Shown in pieces: positions 1 to 13,166 of a stretch of DNA of 64,000 nucleotides. How positions within the stretch are numbered: the first letter of the stretch is position 1; each line of letters starts with the position of its first letter. The stretch is from assembly GCA_951406725.2 (NCBI GenBank), contig OX597814.1:48794001-48858000 (forward strand), in the 5' to 3' direction. Below the pieces are notes generated by a model that did not search any database, was not told where the DNA came from, and saw nothing but the letters and a program-made list of their open reading frames with translations. Both the position numbers and the translations under genes were made by a program. The DNA is from Octopus vulgaris. Its lineage: Eukaryota.

Positions 1-180
1 TTTTCCTCCGTCTTCCCTTCCTTGGATCCTTCCTTTTTCTATATTTCTGACGAAGAGCTCCGCTCGAAACGTTAAATCCTCCGTCTTTCTTTCCTTTCCT
101 GAGTGTCCAATAATACTATACTTGTTCCACGTCCTCGCGTTGTTGTGTTTTCTCTTTGTGCTTTCATGTTTGGATAAACT
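1..180 (+). mobile_element. Non-coding Penelope-pLTR-like repeat (family H1) with minimal hammerhead motif, ending at a (TA)n tract
   Basis: 43-77 reads ATTT-CTGACGAA-GAGC-tcc-GCTC-GAAAC-GTT-AAAT. Homologous copies lie at 52860-53062 (+), 34710-34890 (-) and 61092-61295 (-). Confidence 0.65.
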
Positions 181-195
181 ATATATATATATATT

Positions 196-736
196 TTTTC
201 ATTTCACTAAATTTATCAAGCTTCTGTGTATCTAGTACATACTTCGCCTTTAATGTACTTATATATGAATAATATATGGCCTGTGCTAGAAACACCAGCG
301 ATAATAATTAATTTTATTTTATTGCATTCTGACTTTGTTTACATATTTCTCGATAAATTTTGAGCGTTAGACTATATACCAGAAATCCCTAGTTTGTCGG
401 GTACGTTCTGCGTCTGCGCAGTGATCTGATTAGTTAGAAAGAGCAAATCAGTAGACGCACATGTGTCTATCGAGGTGCGATCTCAAAATAACAGGAATCT
501 TACTGAAGAGCCTACCTGAGTAAATAAATATTATTTTTATTAATGAAATAGGCGAAACTGCAGTCTAAGAAGAACCGAGTTAGTAAAAGTTTTTATTTTC
601 ATTTCACTAAATTTATCAAGCTTCTGTGTATCTAGTACATACTTCGCCTTTAATGTACTTATATATGAATAATATATGGCCTGTGCTAGAAACACCAGCG
701 ATAATAATTAATTTTATTTTATCGCATTCTGACTTT

Positions 737-741
<5 letters not shown>
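196..741 (+). mobile_element. Retrozyme-like non-coding element: 400-nt monomer plus 146-nt terminal direct repeat, between (TA)n tracts
   Basis: 196-341 equals 596-741 with one mismatch (323 vs 723). (TA)n lies at 180-194 and 740-806. A hammerhead is at 498-570 and there is no credible ORF. Confidence 0.7.
498..570 (+). ncRNA. Type-I hammerhead ribozyme
   Basis: Stem I TCTTA (498-502)/TAAGA (566-570); core CTGAAGA (503-509); stem II GCCTA (510-514)/TAGGC (549-553); GAAA (554-557); C-TGCA-G minimal stem III with palindromic loop; GTC cleavage triplet (563-565). Confidence 0.8.
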
Positions 742-813
<72 letters not shown>

Positions 814-1567
814 CTAACTCAACCACATATTATAAACCCCGGAACTCAAAAAGCTTTGTCGCTTTGTTAATGAGCAGCCTCAACTCCATGGGAAAATTTA
901 CATATAACTCACAGAAAAGCATGCACACACATCCAGATATGTATGCTTCGATGTGTGTTACGGATAGCATTGCTAGTGTTAAGAATGAAGAATATTAGCT
1001 ATAAACATAGTGTGGCGCCAGTGAAAAGATATAATCCGTCAATCTACATCGACGCTCTCATTTGTGATACAGACGAATAAAAAAAATACCTAACCAATGC
1101 TTTTAATGATCAAGGTCTGAAAATTTGACCTTGACCTTATATACCAATGAACAAATTTGATCACCAGATGATGGTAGAAAACCTCCTTAACAGGGTTAGC
1201 AAATGAGAGACCGATGACATTTCAGTGTTGATTGGTATCGGGAAGATCATATATAAATATAAATAAACTTATAGTCAACGACATAGTAGACCCGAAGAAA
1301 ATCTTGATCCAACTTGAAACAGCTTGCTTATATTAGCTTCTCTACTCAGTGCTTAATGTGAATTCTACGTGTGCCAGCGCCACTAATATACATACGATTA
1401 TGAATAGGTGAATATGTGTTTATAAACATTAATCAGATATGTTTATCTTTATAAACGCACACACGCACATACACACATGTATGTATGTATGTATGTATGT
1501 ATGTATGTATGTATGTATGTATGTATGTATGTATGTATGTATGTATGTATGTTTGTATGTATGTATG

Positions 1568-1598
<31 letters not shown>

Positions 1599-1640
1599 GT
1601 ATGAATATATGTATATAAGTGCGTGTGTATACATACATGC

Positions 1641-1684
<44 letters not shown>

Positions 1685-2009
1685 TGTATGTATACACACG
1701 CACTTATATACATATCTACGTATTTACCTTATATACGTATATATCTATATATGTATAGGTATGTATACACACACACATATATATACATGCATATATAAGT
1801 GTGTGTGTGTATGCATGTGTGAGTTTGTGAGTGTGTGTATGTATGTATGTATGTATGTATGTATGTATGTATGTATGTATGTATGTATGTATGTATGTAT
1901 GTATGTATTTGTTATACTGTTGACGTCATAAGAATTTATAGAATTTCGAAAAAACGTGAAATAGATCTCTTTTGAATAGTGGATCTTGAAACACACAAAG
2001 TTATAAATA

Positions 2010-2560
2010 TTAGCGTTCCCTTCTCTTCCTTCTCCCATCGCCACCAGCTTCATTGTCTGCATACTTTGCACCTTTAAAATCTATTTTCTTCCCCCATATT
2101 CATGAACTTGAAAGCCCTGGCTACCCCCACTATCTCCATCTGTAACTGCCCGACCGCACGACCTCATCCTTTCACTCTTAGCTGCCTTCTCGTTTCACGT
2201 CCATAACTCAGCCATGCCCTTCGTCTCTCCTACTCCTTCCCTTCCAGTCCCCTGTTCACCACAGTCAGTCTTGGACAATTTGTCGCCCGAAGAACTTTGT
2301 GAATGGCACGCTTAAAGAAAAATTACTTTGAATTCTTTTAATAGTACGACTCACCTAATGATGATCCATGTCTCATGCGGCCTGCTTCTCGAGAAAGGTT
2401 TGCGCATGCATGCCATGGACATTAAATCTCTCCGCTTTATCATACTTCATAATGACAGTTTCTTGGCTCTCCACTACTTCCTGAATCATCGAACCAGCAT
2501 CCAACTTTATAAGTACTCCTTTTGCCGCTTAGCTGAACTAATAATCACCCATAACTAAGG
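2010..2560 (+). pseudogene. Decayed Penelope-like reverse transcriptase fragment
   Basis: Frameshifted translation IYFLP/HIHELESPGYP/TISICNCPT ... AMDIKSLRFIILHNDSFLALHYFLNHR...RLAELIITHN resembles the PLE RT motifs FYLLPKIHK..PGRPIVS..CPT and TMDVKSLYT.IPH..GL.AL..FL...RLAELVLTLN. Confidence 0.7.
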
Positions 2561-3299
2561 TTGCTATAGAAACGAGAAGTGAATCGTTGATACAATGGAA
2601 ATATAATCTTAATGTGCTTACCTTAGTAAAGAACTCAATTTTATGGAAAATATTTGCATCTAAATGAAAAATAAAACATCAGATAGCATGCCATATCTGT
2701 CTTTTGTCTTCTGATTAAGCAATAACAGAAGCAGAGAAATAAAAAAATCATTGTGCCCTGCAAAAATACCGTTGTGTTGAGTTATGCCCCTTGATTGATG
2801 TAACTGCTCGTTCGCGTGAAATATTTTGGAATATTCATTTGTGACCTTCCTTTTGGTATCATACATTGGATTAGGTAATACAAACTACACGCATTAAGTT
2901 GTAAATCTGAATTTCAAACAGTACCAGGATCAAACATTTCGGTTAAAGTCGATTAAATAAATACCATCCAGGTAGTGGAGCCACTCCAACTGTCTACTAC
3001 ATCTTGCTTAGAAACCAGTAATCCTGCACCAAGCTTTAAAATGCTCCAAAAAAAAAAAAAAAAAAACAACTTAGAAGCCAATGAACGAGCTTCTAAATGG
3101 TCGATTAAAGTAGCAACCTAATCTTCCCTAAGTTATTCGTCACTGTCTTAGAAAATAACTCATTTGGAGTTTACCCGGGGAAAAGAAAGAATGGTCAACA
3201 CTGGATTGCCATCAGTCTTAGGTCTACTCAATGAGAACTAAAAGCAACAACTTCAACAATGATAACATCCGCAATAGCACCAGCAACAACATTATTTAT

Positions 3300-3800
3300 C
3301 CAACTGCCGTGTTCCGATCGAATCGCGGGCACGGCATTGCAAAGTTAAAGAGTTCGCTTCGGAATAGTGTGGTTTTGCATTCGATCTCGCGTTGCGGCAC
3401 GTAAAGGATGTTTCTGCCATAGTAGCTTCGGCATTTGGCAAAGATTGTGAGAAGGCTGTCGATGGGGCCATTCCTTTTCAGTGTGGTATACATAAAACAT
3501 TGCCCAGTTTTAACACCACTATCTGCCTATATGGATATCTTTAGTGGTACCCGCTCTGTTGAAAGTAATCAGATCAAGTATCTAGTCTCAGGTTAACTTA
3601 CTCCCCACGCCATTACTGTTCTAGAAGGCCCTGGAAATAGTCATTGGCGCTGGACTTCCTTCTTTGTAACTGAGACATTAAAACAGAAGTTGGACAAATG
3701 CATGAAATAACTGAAAAATCAGGCCTATATTGTGCATAATCGTTGATCGACTTCGTGCATGCTGTAGGTTTCCTCTACAAAAATGGACCTGGGCTACATA
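3300..3800 (-). pseudogene. Decayed RTE-like LINE ORF, C-terminal remnant
   Basis: Disrupted translation fragments (LQHARSRSTI, IFQLFHAFVQ, PSTAFSQSLPNAEATMAE) loosely follow the RTE RT C-terminus; many stops. Confidence 0.4.
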
Positions 3801-3847
3801 ACAACAACAATAATTACTCCCAAAATGGGAGATCTTGTGCGCCCATG

Positions 3848-3876
3848 TTAGTAGTAGTAGTAGTAGTAGTAGTAGT

Positions 3877-3962
<86 letters not shown>

Positions 3963-3987
3963 CAGCAGCAGCAGCAGCAGCAGTAGC

Positions 3988-4082
<95 letters not shown>

Positions 4083-4083
4083 T

Positions 4084-4115
<32 letters not shown>

Positions 4116-4144
4116 TAGTAGTAGCAGCAGCAGCAGCAGTAGTA
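3848..4144. repeat. Compound (AGT)n/(AGC)n trinucleotide microsatellite
   Basis: About 300 bp of alternating AGT and AGC blocks; explains the poly-S/V/A/L/Y/C ORFs. Confidence 0.95.
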
Positions 4145-4809
4145 ATGGATGTGGTGGTGGTGGGGGGTGGAGGTGGCGGTGGTGGCAGCTACATAAGATT
4201 TTTTTTGCATAGTTCTCTCCCGATCTCTTTCCTCCCTTCTCTCCCTTTTTCCCTATATTTTCTCTCTCTTTTTCTGTCATCACTTCATTTTCCCAACCAC
4301 CTACCTTACCTTCATCTGTTCCTAACACCACCTTACCTCCAAACTACCCCCACCCTCTTTGACCACTACTCACTTATTCCATTTTTCATTCGTTTCTTTC
4401 CGCCTACAAATAACTTCCTTCACTTTCTCATTATCATGCCTCTTATTTCTTCCTTTAGTGCTAAAGTACTCAAGTAAGTACTTCAGTACCTTTTGACAAC
4501 CACCATTTTTCATCAAGCAAACTATTTATTTATGATATTAGATGCTGCTTATTTTGAAGGTCATTGTAATAATAAAGATGATGACTTTATCAAGTTGGTA
4601 GTTTACAGTGCACATGAATTTGGAAATAGTTGTTATTAAAACAAGTCATCTACTCGCTAAACTTATGCTTTACTTAAATTACTCTTATGTAATTCGTCAC
4701 TTCGTACTGATTCTTCTCTGTTCTGATTGGCTGAAGGAGTAAAATGCGTAATCTTTTTAGTTGATAAGTGAGCGTTTATATCATTTCTCTGGGAAACTAT
4801 TCATTTAAC

Positions 4810-5260
4810 AACATCCTATAATCACTAATAACCTACAGATGCATTGTTTCTATTTTTCTGTCTCTTCTATAACGGATCCTGCTCTTCTGAACTAGCAAGC
4901 TGCCTACCACCTGGTTCTAACACATCCGTTTCTCTCTTCCTCTCGTCATTCTTTTAATAACACAATCAGAGGAGAAAGGAGAGCACCCTTCCTTGACCTT
5001 TTTCAAGCCTCTAAGACTGGTGGGAGGAAGTGATGCTCTGTCCAGAAACCTAGTTTGAATATTTCCAGCAGAGTGGACTTCGCTAAATGCACCCAAGGGT
5101 CAGGGCGACGGATTAATTCTGTTGCATCTTATTTTCAGAGGCCACATCAAACATTTTTCTTGATACTTTCTCTTTTATACCACACTCTACTGGAACTTTC
5201 TTCCTGTTCATATTTTCTCTGCGGGCACTAACTTGAACATCAACCGCTTGACCTGCTATA
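4810..5260 (+). pseudogene. Decayed CR1/Jockey-type LINE 3' end
   Basis: Translation SLITYRCIVSIFCLFYNGSCSSELASCLP ... TTLYWNFLPVHIFS resembles the HRRNVASLSLFYRY..G.CSSELA ... LWNSLP..VF C-terminus. Confidence 0.45.
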
Positions 5261-6107
5261 CATAACCACATAATTTCCTTTGAATGACACTGTACTACTT
5301 TCAGAATTAGGCAGGATGGTATTGACTCTATCGTCTTTGATATTATGTCTGTTCGATCAGGTTTGACCTGAGTCTAAACGGCAACGACATCCACAATCAC
5401 AACAGTCTGGAAACAAAAGTGAAAATTTCTAGGCACAAAATCACATATATTTTCAAAAGAAGGAACTTTCGATTAAATCGACCGCAGTGATTAACTGGTA
5501 CTTACTGCATCGATCTCTGCGAGGTTAGACGCTGAATATAAAGAGACGTGACAAAATATCTATTATTGGTATATTGGCATAAAACCATACATCTATAGGT
5601 GTGGGGCATATTTTATCAATACTACAGATTAAATAATTTGCTTAACTCCTATTTTAGTATTACAGAGAAAGTTAGTAAAATATAGATCACAAAAATGAAA
5701 GAAAAATTCTTGAGACGAGATTACAAAGCACTTAATGATATCATTAAATGTTTATATCACGTGCATGAAACATACATATAGTTAGTTATAAGAATATGAA
5801 GAATTCATTGACAGAGGAAATACGATTAGCGAATATTCGTCCACTGTTGCTCAATTGTTCCTCGACGTTTCATGGTAGGGATGCGATGCAAATAAAATAT
5901 CACTAGTACTACTCTTTAGTCGCAGTTTCCTTTTTGCCGGTATCCATCGCTCTTCAACAGTCTGTACATGAACACTGTCATCGTTTGAATTCACGGACTT
6001 GAATGAGAAATTTACAACTTAATGCAAACGATATGCATTACCTAATCCGATATATGAGACCAAAAGCTCACGAATGAAGCTTCTAGCAGAATCTTGTATA
6101 TATATAT

Positions 6108-6388
6108 AATGGTGTCATTGAGATCCAAAGGTGTCAGGTAATGGTGAAGAAGTGCTATAGACAGACCATAGTTAAGTTCCAGGTTCGGTAATTTTGCGAA
6201 TAAGGGGTTCAACGTTGGTTATTATGTCAGCGTGTGTATATAAGAATTTTTTGCGTTATGAGATAAAAAAAAAAACAAGGCTGTGTAGATATTAGAACAT
6301 TTATAGATAGAAGGCCTTCTCTATATAAATGTTCTAATATCTACACAGCCTTGGTTTTTTATCTCATTATGCAAAAAATTCTTATATA
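6108..6388. mobile_element. (TA)n-flanked repeat ending in a ~150-bp palindrome; second copy at 49611-49857 in opposite orientation
   Basis: 6237-6388 is a near-perfect inverted repeat centred on AGGCCT (6312-6317). 6108-6240 matches 49720-49857 in reverse complement. Confidence 0.75.
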
Positions 6389-6884
6389 TATATATATATA
6401 CTTTATAGTTTATATATATACATATATACTTTATAGTTTAGTATACTATATATTATGGTTGCATAACGAAATACGGTGTCCCTACAGGTCATCAAATATG
6501 TAACATATTCCTGAATTTCGATCCACTTCAGTAAACACTCACTCTCTATCACTAATACTACTCTCCTCTAAGATATTTCCGTTGCTTATATTTCGGTTCA
6601 TTAATTTCCTCTGTAAGAGAAATCCTGTATCACCCAGCCACCGAATTGCTCTTGATTATCTGTCAGGTTCTGACCGCATATCTCTGTTAGGAAATGGCGC
6701 ATATCAGATATTGTATATTTAATTATTTCCAATTTAAAGAAGATATCAGTCTGAAAATAATTTCGTATCTACATTTACAGAAGTTGAAAAAATGTGAAGA
6801 TAGCTCCTTCAACCCAAGCTATCTTAAACTACTTCGTTTTTGCATCTAGTTTCCAAGATTCTTTATGTGAATTTGTGTGTTGAA

Positions 6885-7078
6885 ACAAATTTTGTTGTAT
6901 CTAGGGAGAATCATCGTTCAATCCCACTCTTATTATTAGTCAATTTGTTAAATATCCAGTTAACTAATCGATTGTTTGTTTAACTTGAACCAATTGACTA
7001 ATAAGAAAGGAGTGGATTTGAACCAGTGCATGTATTATTAACATTGGGGTGATGATTCTCCCTAGACAAAACAAAATA
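6885..7078. repeat. Degenerate fold-back (MITE-like) element
   Basis: TTTTGTTGTATCTAGGGAGAATCATC (~6891-6917) pairs with GATGATTCTCCCTAGACAAAACAAAA (~7050-7076); inner arms ATTAGTCAATT/AATTGACTAAT. Confidence 0.55.
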
Positions 7079-7129
7079 TCTTAAACAATGCAAATTCTTA
7101 TTAAACCTATCCAAGATTTTTTTTTTTTT

Positions 7130-7355
7130 TGTGGAAGCGCGTCGCTTAGTGGTTAGGGTGTCAGCATCATGATCGTGAGATTTTAGTTTCGATTCCTGGA
7201 CCGGGCGACGCGTTGTGTTCTTGAGCAAAACATTTCATTTCAGGTTGCTCCAGTCCACTCAGCTGGTTGAAATGAGTAACGCTGCGATGACAAACTGCCA
7301 TAGAAACCGGGAAACTGGGCCCATGAGCCTCGCTAGGCTATAAAAGGGCGCATTT
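7130..7355 (+). mobile_element. tRNA-headed SINE (family C)
   Basis: A-box-like TCGCTTAGTGG and B-box-like GTTTCGATTCC; head shared with 32536-32757, 46570-46920 and 52485-52770. Confidence 0.7.
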
Positions 7356-7989
7356 ATTTATTTTCATCCAAGCTTTTATTAAGGAACGAATAGCCTTGTA
7401 CACCATGAGTAGTTTTCCACTGCAACTTCACTGTTTGTTATCAATTGTTCCAGCACACTTGATGTACTTGCCAAGGTTGGTGCAATGATCACGTGTGACC
7501 GTATTTGTTTGCATGTGTTGAACCCAGGTCACGAAGTATTCTGTTCTGCAGCAGTTGTCATTGGATTTACTACATCGCAGTGGCAAACTCAGCAGCAATA
7601 TCTGTTGCACTTAATAAATGATTGTGAGGTAAAGTAAACATTGTTGCCTGCAGTCGTGGTATAGGATTCATAAGGTCTTCATGATAAAATACTCAAGTGT
7701 AAAGTTTGTATGTGGTCTCGGTTTTCCAGTTTGATTATATTTTATTTGTTTATTTTATTTCTTTCGTAATTTACTCTCAATATTTTAGCAAGCCTCTGTT
7801 TTGTTTTTGTTTTTTTTTTTTGTTTTTTTTACTGTTATTCCTTATTTTGTTTTATTCTTAAATTAATATAAGATTTACCTTCTAACTCAATATTATCCGA
7901 CCTACTGCGTAGAGATTCGAGTATTATTTGAGAATATGCGCACGTGTGTGCGTGTGAATGTATGTATATATAGATATAGATAGCTATAC

Positions 7990-8024
<35 letters not shown>

Positions 8025-8045
8025 TACAAACATACATACATACGT

Positions 8046-8096
<51 letters not shown>

Positions 8097-8097
<1 letters not shown>

Positions 8098-8292
8098 CTT
8101 TTTTCCTTTTATTCTTTTACTTGTTTCAGTCATTTTGACTGTGGCCATGCTGGAGCATCGCCTTTAGTCGAGCAAGTCGACCCCAGGAATTATTCTTTGT
8201 AAGTCTAGTACTTATTCTATCGGTCTCTTTTGCCGAACCGCTAAGTTACAGGGACGTAAACACACAAGTATCAGTTGTCAAGCGATGTTGGG
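8097..8292 (-). mobile_element. 3' half of CORE-type SINE (family A)
   Basis: Matches the 3' module of the full copies at 22804-23275 and 59056-59445. Confidence 0.85.
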
Positions 8293-9532
8293 ACACCTCC
8301 TCGGCTGTGATTGGCCCTTCACAGCACTCAGCCTCTCGCGCCGAGAGACGCGGGCCGCTAGACAAGAAGTTCCAAAAGGCCTTATCATAATGCAGCGCCC
8401 CGCTCCTCCCAAACAACTCGGCAAAGTGCTTGTAAAACGTCTCACACATCTCGTCCCGTCCATCGACCGAACACTCATTGTCGTCAACGAGAGACCTAAT
8501 TGTGTCATCATTTCCACGCTGGGTTTCTACCGTACGGGCCCATCGGATAACATTAATTCCCTCACGGCCCATTGCGAGCACTTTAGCCCGAACTCTGCAC
8601 TCTTCATGTTTGGCTTTGAGATAACGGTCCAAGGCTGTGATCGCTGCCAAAGTGTGTGATACAGAGCCCAATCTCAACGCCTCTTCTAGGTCCTTAACGA
8701 GTTGCCCTTCTATTCTGGCCTTATCTAGTCTTAGCTGATGGCTAAACCTAATAGACTAAATACGAATGGCTCTCTTGAGAGCGAACCACCATAGGTTATT
8801 AACCACAGCGCCAGTTAACGCCTTCTGTACTAATTCCTTAATCCGGCTACGGTATACCTCGCAAGTCAAAATAGACTTGTTCAGCTTCCAGTAGCCGGAT
8901 TTTCTCTAAATTGTACTATGTCCAGTCTACACTTAACCATTCTATGGTCAGTGTAAGCCACTTGGACAAGCTGTGGACAGCTAAAACTAGCCTACCTTAT
9001 ATAAAAGCTCATGTTATTTAGAACAGTCGTTTATTTGGGTCAAGGATCCTTATTTATAACGCGTCAACGATAACGTTATAGCCTCCAACACCACTAATGT
9101 CTTCGACGTCATGAGAAAGTTCTCTAGGCACCGATAACAATCAGTTTGAAACTCTCTACCACAAGGTGCATAGATCCTGATCAACCCGAAGGCCTTACTG
9201 TTGTATGTCACATCAAGGACGACCAGCCCACCTTCTGGGTCTACATAGACTGTACTTGTCTGCAGAGCCAAGCCTTTTCGGACCACTACTACTTCATCCC
9301 CTCGACCTCCCGTCTGGCTAGGAGACGTGATTTTCTCATAGCCATTCAGGAGGGGTGAGAGAGTTTGTAGACTGTCTAGCTTGGTCTCTGTAGCAACCAT
9401 CACATGCATATCATGTGATCTGAGGTCGTCGAGGAAACAAGCTTGCTTCAACTTCGAGCTCAGACCACGCACATTCAAACACCCATGGTTATGTGTAGCC
9501 ATTACTAAAAAAAAAACAAGTAAAAGAAGCAA
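8293..9532 (-). pseudogene. L1/Tx1-clade LINE ORF2: APE endonuclease and linker, truncated before the RT
   Basis: GCLNVRGL..KQ..FLDDLR...ATETKLDS, IYAP, YTDHRMV, GYWKLNKSIL, EECRVRAK..EG, FYKHFAELF...EAECCEGPITAEEV; frameshifts and stops. Confidence 0.85.
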
Positions 9533-9537
9533 GGGTT

Positions 9538-10811
9538 CTACATACCCTTAACTGATGATGTTGGGGCTGACCTCACAACACGTGAGGCAGCCCCTTCCTT
9601 CTCCTCCTTCCTCAAATAACCTGGAAGGTCCAGGGTCTTCCTGATGGTCTTTGAATGCCTGTTCTTCAGTTGCCTGTATAGGGTTTCCCCTATCCAGGGA
9701 CACCTTTTGCTCAAGTCCTTGTGCTGTGGAAACAGCTTGGTGGTGTGGTGATTCTTTACAATCTCCTCCATATAGCTGTCTCTGGTATCATATTAAACCG
9801 GGATTTTCATTTCATTATCGTTTTCTCCTTCCTTTTTTTCCTTCTGGGACAGTGGGGCGTGGTCGTTTTTTATTTGTGGTGTGATGCTTTAATTTTCCTT
9901 TTCTTTTGTGGGGTATATGTTTGGGGAAGGTGCTAGTGTTCGTTTCCGAACCGCAGTAAACTCCCCCGCGACCACCTCCATGGTGTCATCCAGGAAGTTA
10001 CACATTCTGATGCCATTTTAGAGGGGGTGGGAGTTTTTGCCGTTGTAGGGACCGGTATGTGCATGGGTTGTGGTTTTTTAATATCGTGTTTAGGGGCGAG
10101 CACCACAGTTAAAGGAGTGGGAGTTTTTGTTACTGTAGGGGCTAATGGGTGTGCGAGTTTGGGTTTTTTTTTGTAATTGAGGGACCCGTGTCTGTGCATC
10201 TTTTTTCTTCCATTGTTCACAGTCAACACGAATGTGGCCCTTTTTTCACATTCGTAACACGTGGACTTGTTGCTCTCTACTTGTATTTTGAGGACAATGT
10301 TCTCACTCAAGAGCATTCTGTCTGGAAGCATTTCGATATCTTCCTGAGCCCCCTGAATAATGGCAGAAATGCTCTGTCCGAACTAATTTTGAGGGTCAGA
10401 GCATGTGATCTGAAGGAAGTTCATTTTCTCCGTCCTGGTATTCAGCATTGCGGCCATCACCTCACTTGCATCAATTTCAGGTGGCATCTCTTTCACGTTT
10501 ACACGAACAGTACGTCTTCCCATGTAGGTTGGCAGAAGCACCACTTCCTTCGTTTTCAGGGGGCTCACTGAGTACTCTTGGGCCCTTTCTTCTGATTCAA
10601 ATCTGGCCTCAATTGTGCCATACATTCGGCCCCTCGCTATATATTTTGCATCCTTCCATATTGGGGCCAAGCATTTTTCTATCTTGTTTTGTTGAAAATA
10701 CCTAAACTTCTGCGTTTCTGAACAGTATATTTTAAAAACGACTGTCCGCTTTCTCAAATCTTCGACGTTAGAGGAGGGTGATATCTTTATTTCACCACCC
10801 TCCTCTTTCAT
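9538..10811 (-). pseudogene. L1/Tx1-clade LINE ORF1 (gag-like, CCHC knuckle), frameshifted
   Basis: ORF pieces 10383-10811, 9933-10331 and 9538-9771 lie directly upstream of the APE. CYECEK-/-GHIRVDC (CX2CX4HX4C) is recovered across a frameshift near 10250, followed by a Pro/Thr-rich region. Confidence 0.75.
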
Positions 10812-11770
10812 TCTTCCAATTCAAACTGCTCCAGCCTTTGAAATGTCATCCTTGTTGTATGTGGCCGAATATTAACCTGATGATAGAACACCTTTCGTCT
10901 TGAAACCAAAAGTGATCGTTTTTCTTCTAGCTCTGACTTCATCCACTCAAGCTGCTCGCAGTAGATTTCCCTTGTTTCGTTTGGATTGGGTTTAAAAGTT
11001 CAAAGTGGACTAAACCTTTCATATCCCACCAAATAGATAACAACACTTAACGTGGGTGAAGACCTTTAGCCTTAGGTATTGGTGTTTCTCCTTTCCCTTC
11101 GGCTCTTGGCATTTTTATAGGGAATCCATTCCTCGTCACCAGTCACTATTAGGTCCGAAAATGGTTCATTCGTGAGACGTGACAACAAAGAAGAGCGTAC
11201 ATTCACTCTCTGCATATGATTAGACTCGGAAAGTTTGTCAGGAACCTGTTGACCCAATTTGCTGACTCTTCCGATGGCATAGAGATGTCGATAAATAGTT
11301 GAATGACCAAATCCAAACTTCTCTGCTAGTTCAACTGTTACGATGGGATTTAGTCCCACCAGGGTTTGCAGGTCGTCCTCGTCGAGCTCTAGAGATCTTC
11401 CAGGACGAGGCTTGTCTTCTAGGCTGTAGTTTCCGGCTTGGAATTTCTGGAACCACCGTTGACACCAGCTTACGCTTATTGTCCAATCCCCATATACTGC
11501 ATTAATATTTCTCGCACCTTCCGCTGCGTGTTGCCTTTATTGAACTCATAAAGCAAAGTACGCCAAATATGCTCCTTTGTCACTTGCATTATAGCTTTGA
11601 AAAAGTAGCTTTTAAAATCGAACTGCACACTTCAAAACATGCACTAAGAATAAGGACACGTTAAAATTACTACCTGTTTTTATAGCAAGTTGATGCAAGA
11701 AGTTTATCCTGTCCTCCTCCGATTTTTAGTTCATGCAAGTGAAAAAACCGCATTAGTTATGGGTTGACTA
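10812..11770 (-). mobile_element. Mariner transposon remnant (left end and most of transposase), abutting the Tx1-like LINE
   Basis: LLYEFNKG, ELAEKFGFGHSTIYRHL, QVPDKL (WVPHEL), IVTGDEEWI (TGDEKW), IYCEQL, FYHQVNIRPHT (HDNARPH); TIR-like end ~11745-11770. Confidence 0.9.
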
Positions 11771-13166
11771 TACCTATACCATATCATATCATATCATATC
11801 AACTATATGTACGATGGGTTTCCAACAACTTCCGTTTATGAAATTTCACTCACAAGGTATTGGTCAATCCAAAAATAGAGTAGACACTACATGTGCAAAA
11901 TGTCATACATTGTTATCAAAGCCTAAACTTCATAACTACATGACTATTCTTAACAAATTGAGAAAGAAAAGCAGAACCGAATCATCTAGTAAAACCATTT
12001 GCAATAATTGCTCCGCCCTGAGTTACAGATACTGCTTTGTCACTCTCATCCTAATAAATGCAATGGACCAATGATTAGCTCTTTGGAAACTTGTAAAATA
12101 ACGAGACTATTATTAATCAAAAGTAATATGAAATAAATGAATAATAAATAAATAAATAAGGATCCTTGACCCAAATAAACGACTGTTCTAAATAACATGA
12201 GCTTTTATATAACGTAGGAAGGCAAACATAGTAATCAAGAAATTAAATGAATTCTATTTGTAACAGTAGAAAATCAGTAGTATCAACTCTAAGAACAATT
12301 GTTTAACAATTGTAATCAACATCGCTGGACAATACTATTTATAGCGCTCGCGTAATAAATATGTACGTTAATACTTTCTATTTTCTGTGTCAGCAAGTTT
12401 AAAGGAACCAAATATTGTCTCAAATTGTTGCCGTTATGTCATTTAGTTCAAAAAGTAATTCCAAGTTCAGCATCACAACTCTTTACCACATGGTAATTAC
12501 GAATCTCACTTTCATTCTCCTCCTCTTTCATTCTTCGTCCTTCATTTTCTTTCCATTTTTTTTTCTTCTATACACTAATTCCACTTCCCCGTTTTTAGTG
12601 TGTGTAGGTGCGAGTGTCTTACGATGTTGTTATAAAAATATCATTTAATTCAATATTAAAAATGCTGATTTGGTAAAATTAACTTACTCGGAAATAAGTC
12701 AAGGGTGCGCCATCAAGCAATAGCTGTTTGAATTAAACCTACATGTCCCAAAAATAAGCGGAAGAGATTGTGGTAATTTTCTCGCTCTGTTTAAGTTTCT
12801 TGAGATTTCTCACAAACAACTGTCTATCTTCAATAACCTATGGCCTAATTAACCTGAATTTTTCTCCCTTTCTTTTTCTCTCTCACTCTTTCTTTCTTTC
12901 TCTCAACACACACACACGCTCACGTGTATGTGTGTATATGTATATATACACGCACACAAAAATACGCAAATACACATATACATGCTATACATACATACAT
13001 ACATACATAAATACATACGTACATGCATACATACATACATACATACATACATACATGCATACATACATACATACATACATACATGCATACATACATGCAT
13101 ACATACATACATACATACATACATACATACATACATACATACATACATACATACATACATACATAC

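Noticed and set aside
3678-4477. Long ORFs with poly-L/V/A/S/Y/C
   Set aside because: Translations of the AGT/AGC microsatellite; open in several frames on both strands.
7454-7628. Possible + strand exon (ttccag|...gag|gtaaag, open frame TLDVLAKVGAMITCDRIC...)
   Set aside because: No recognisable protein similarity or partner exons; needs RNA-seq.
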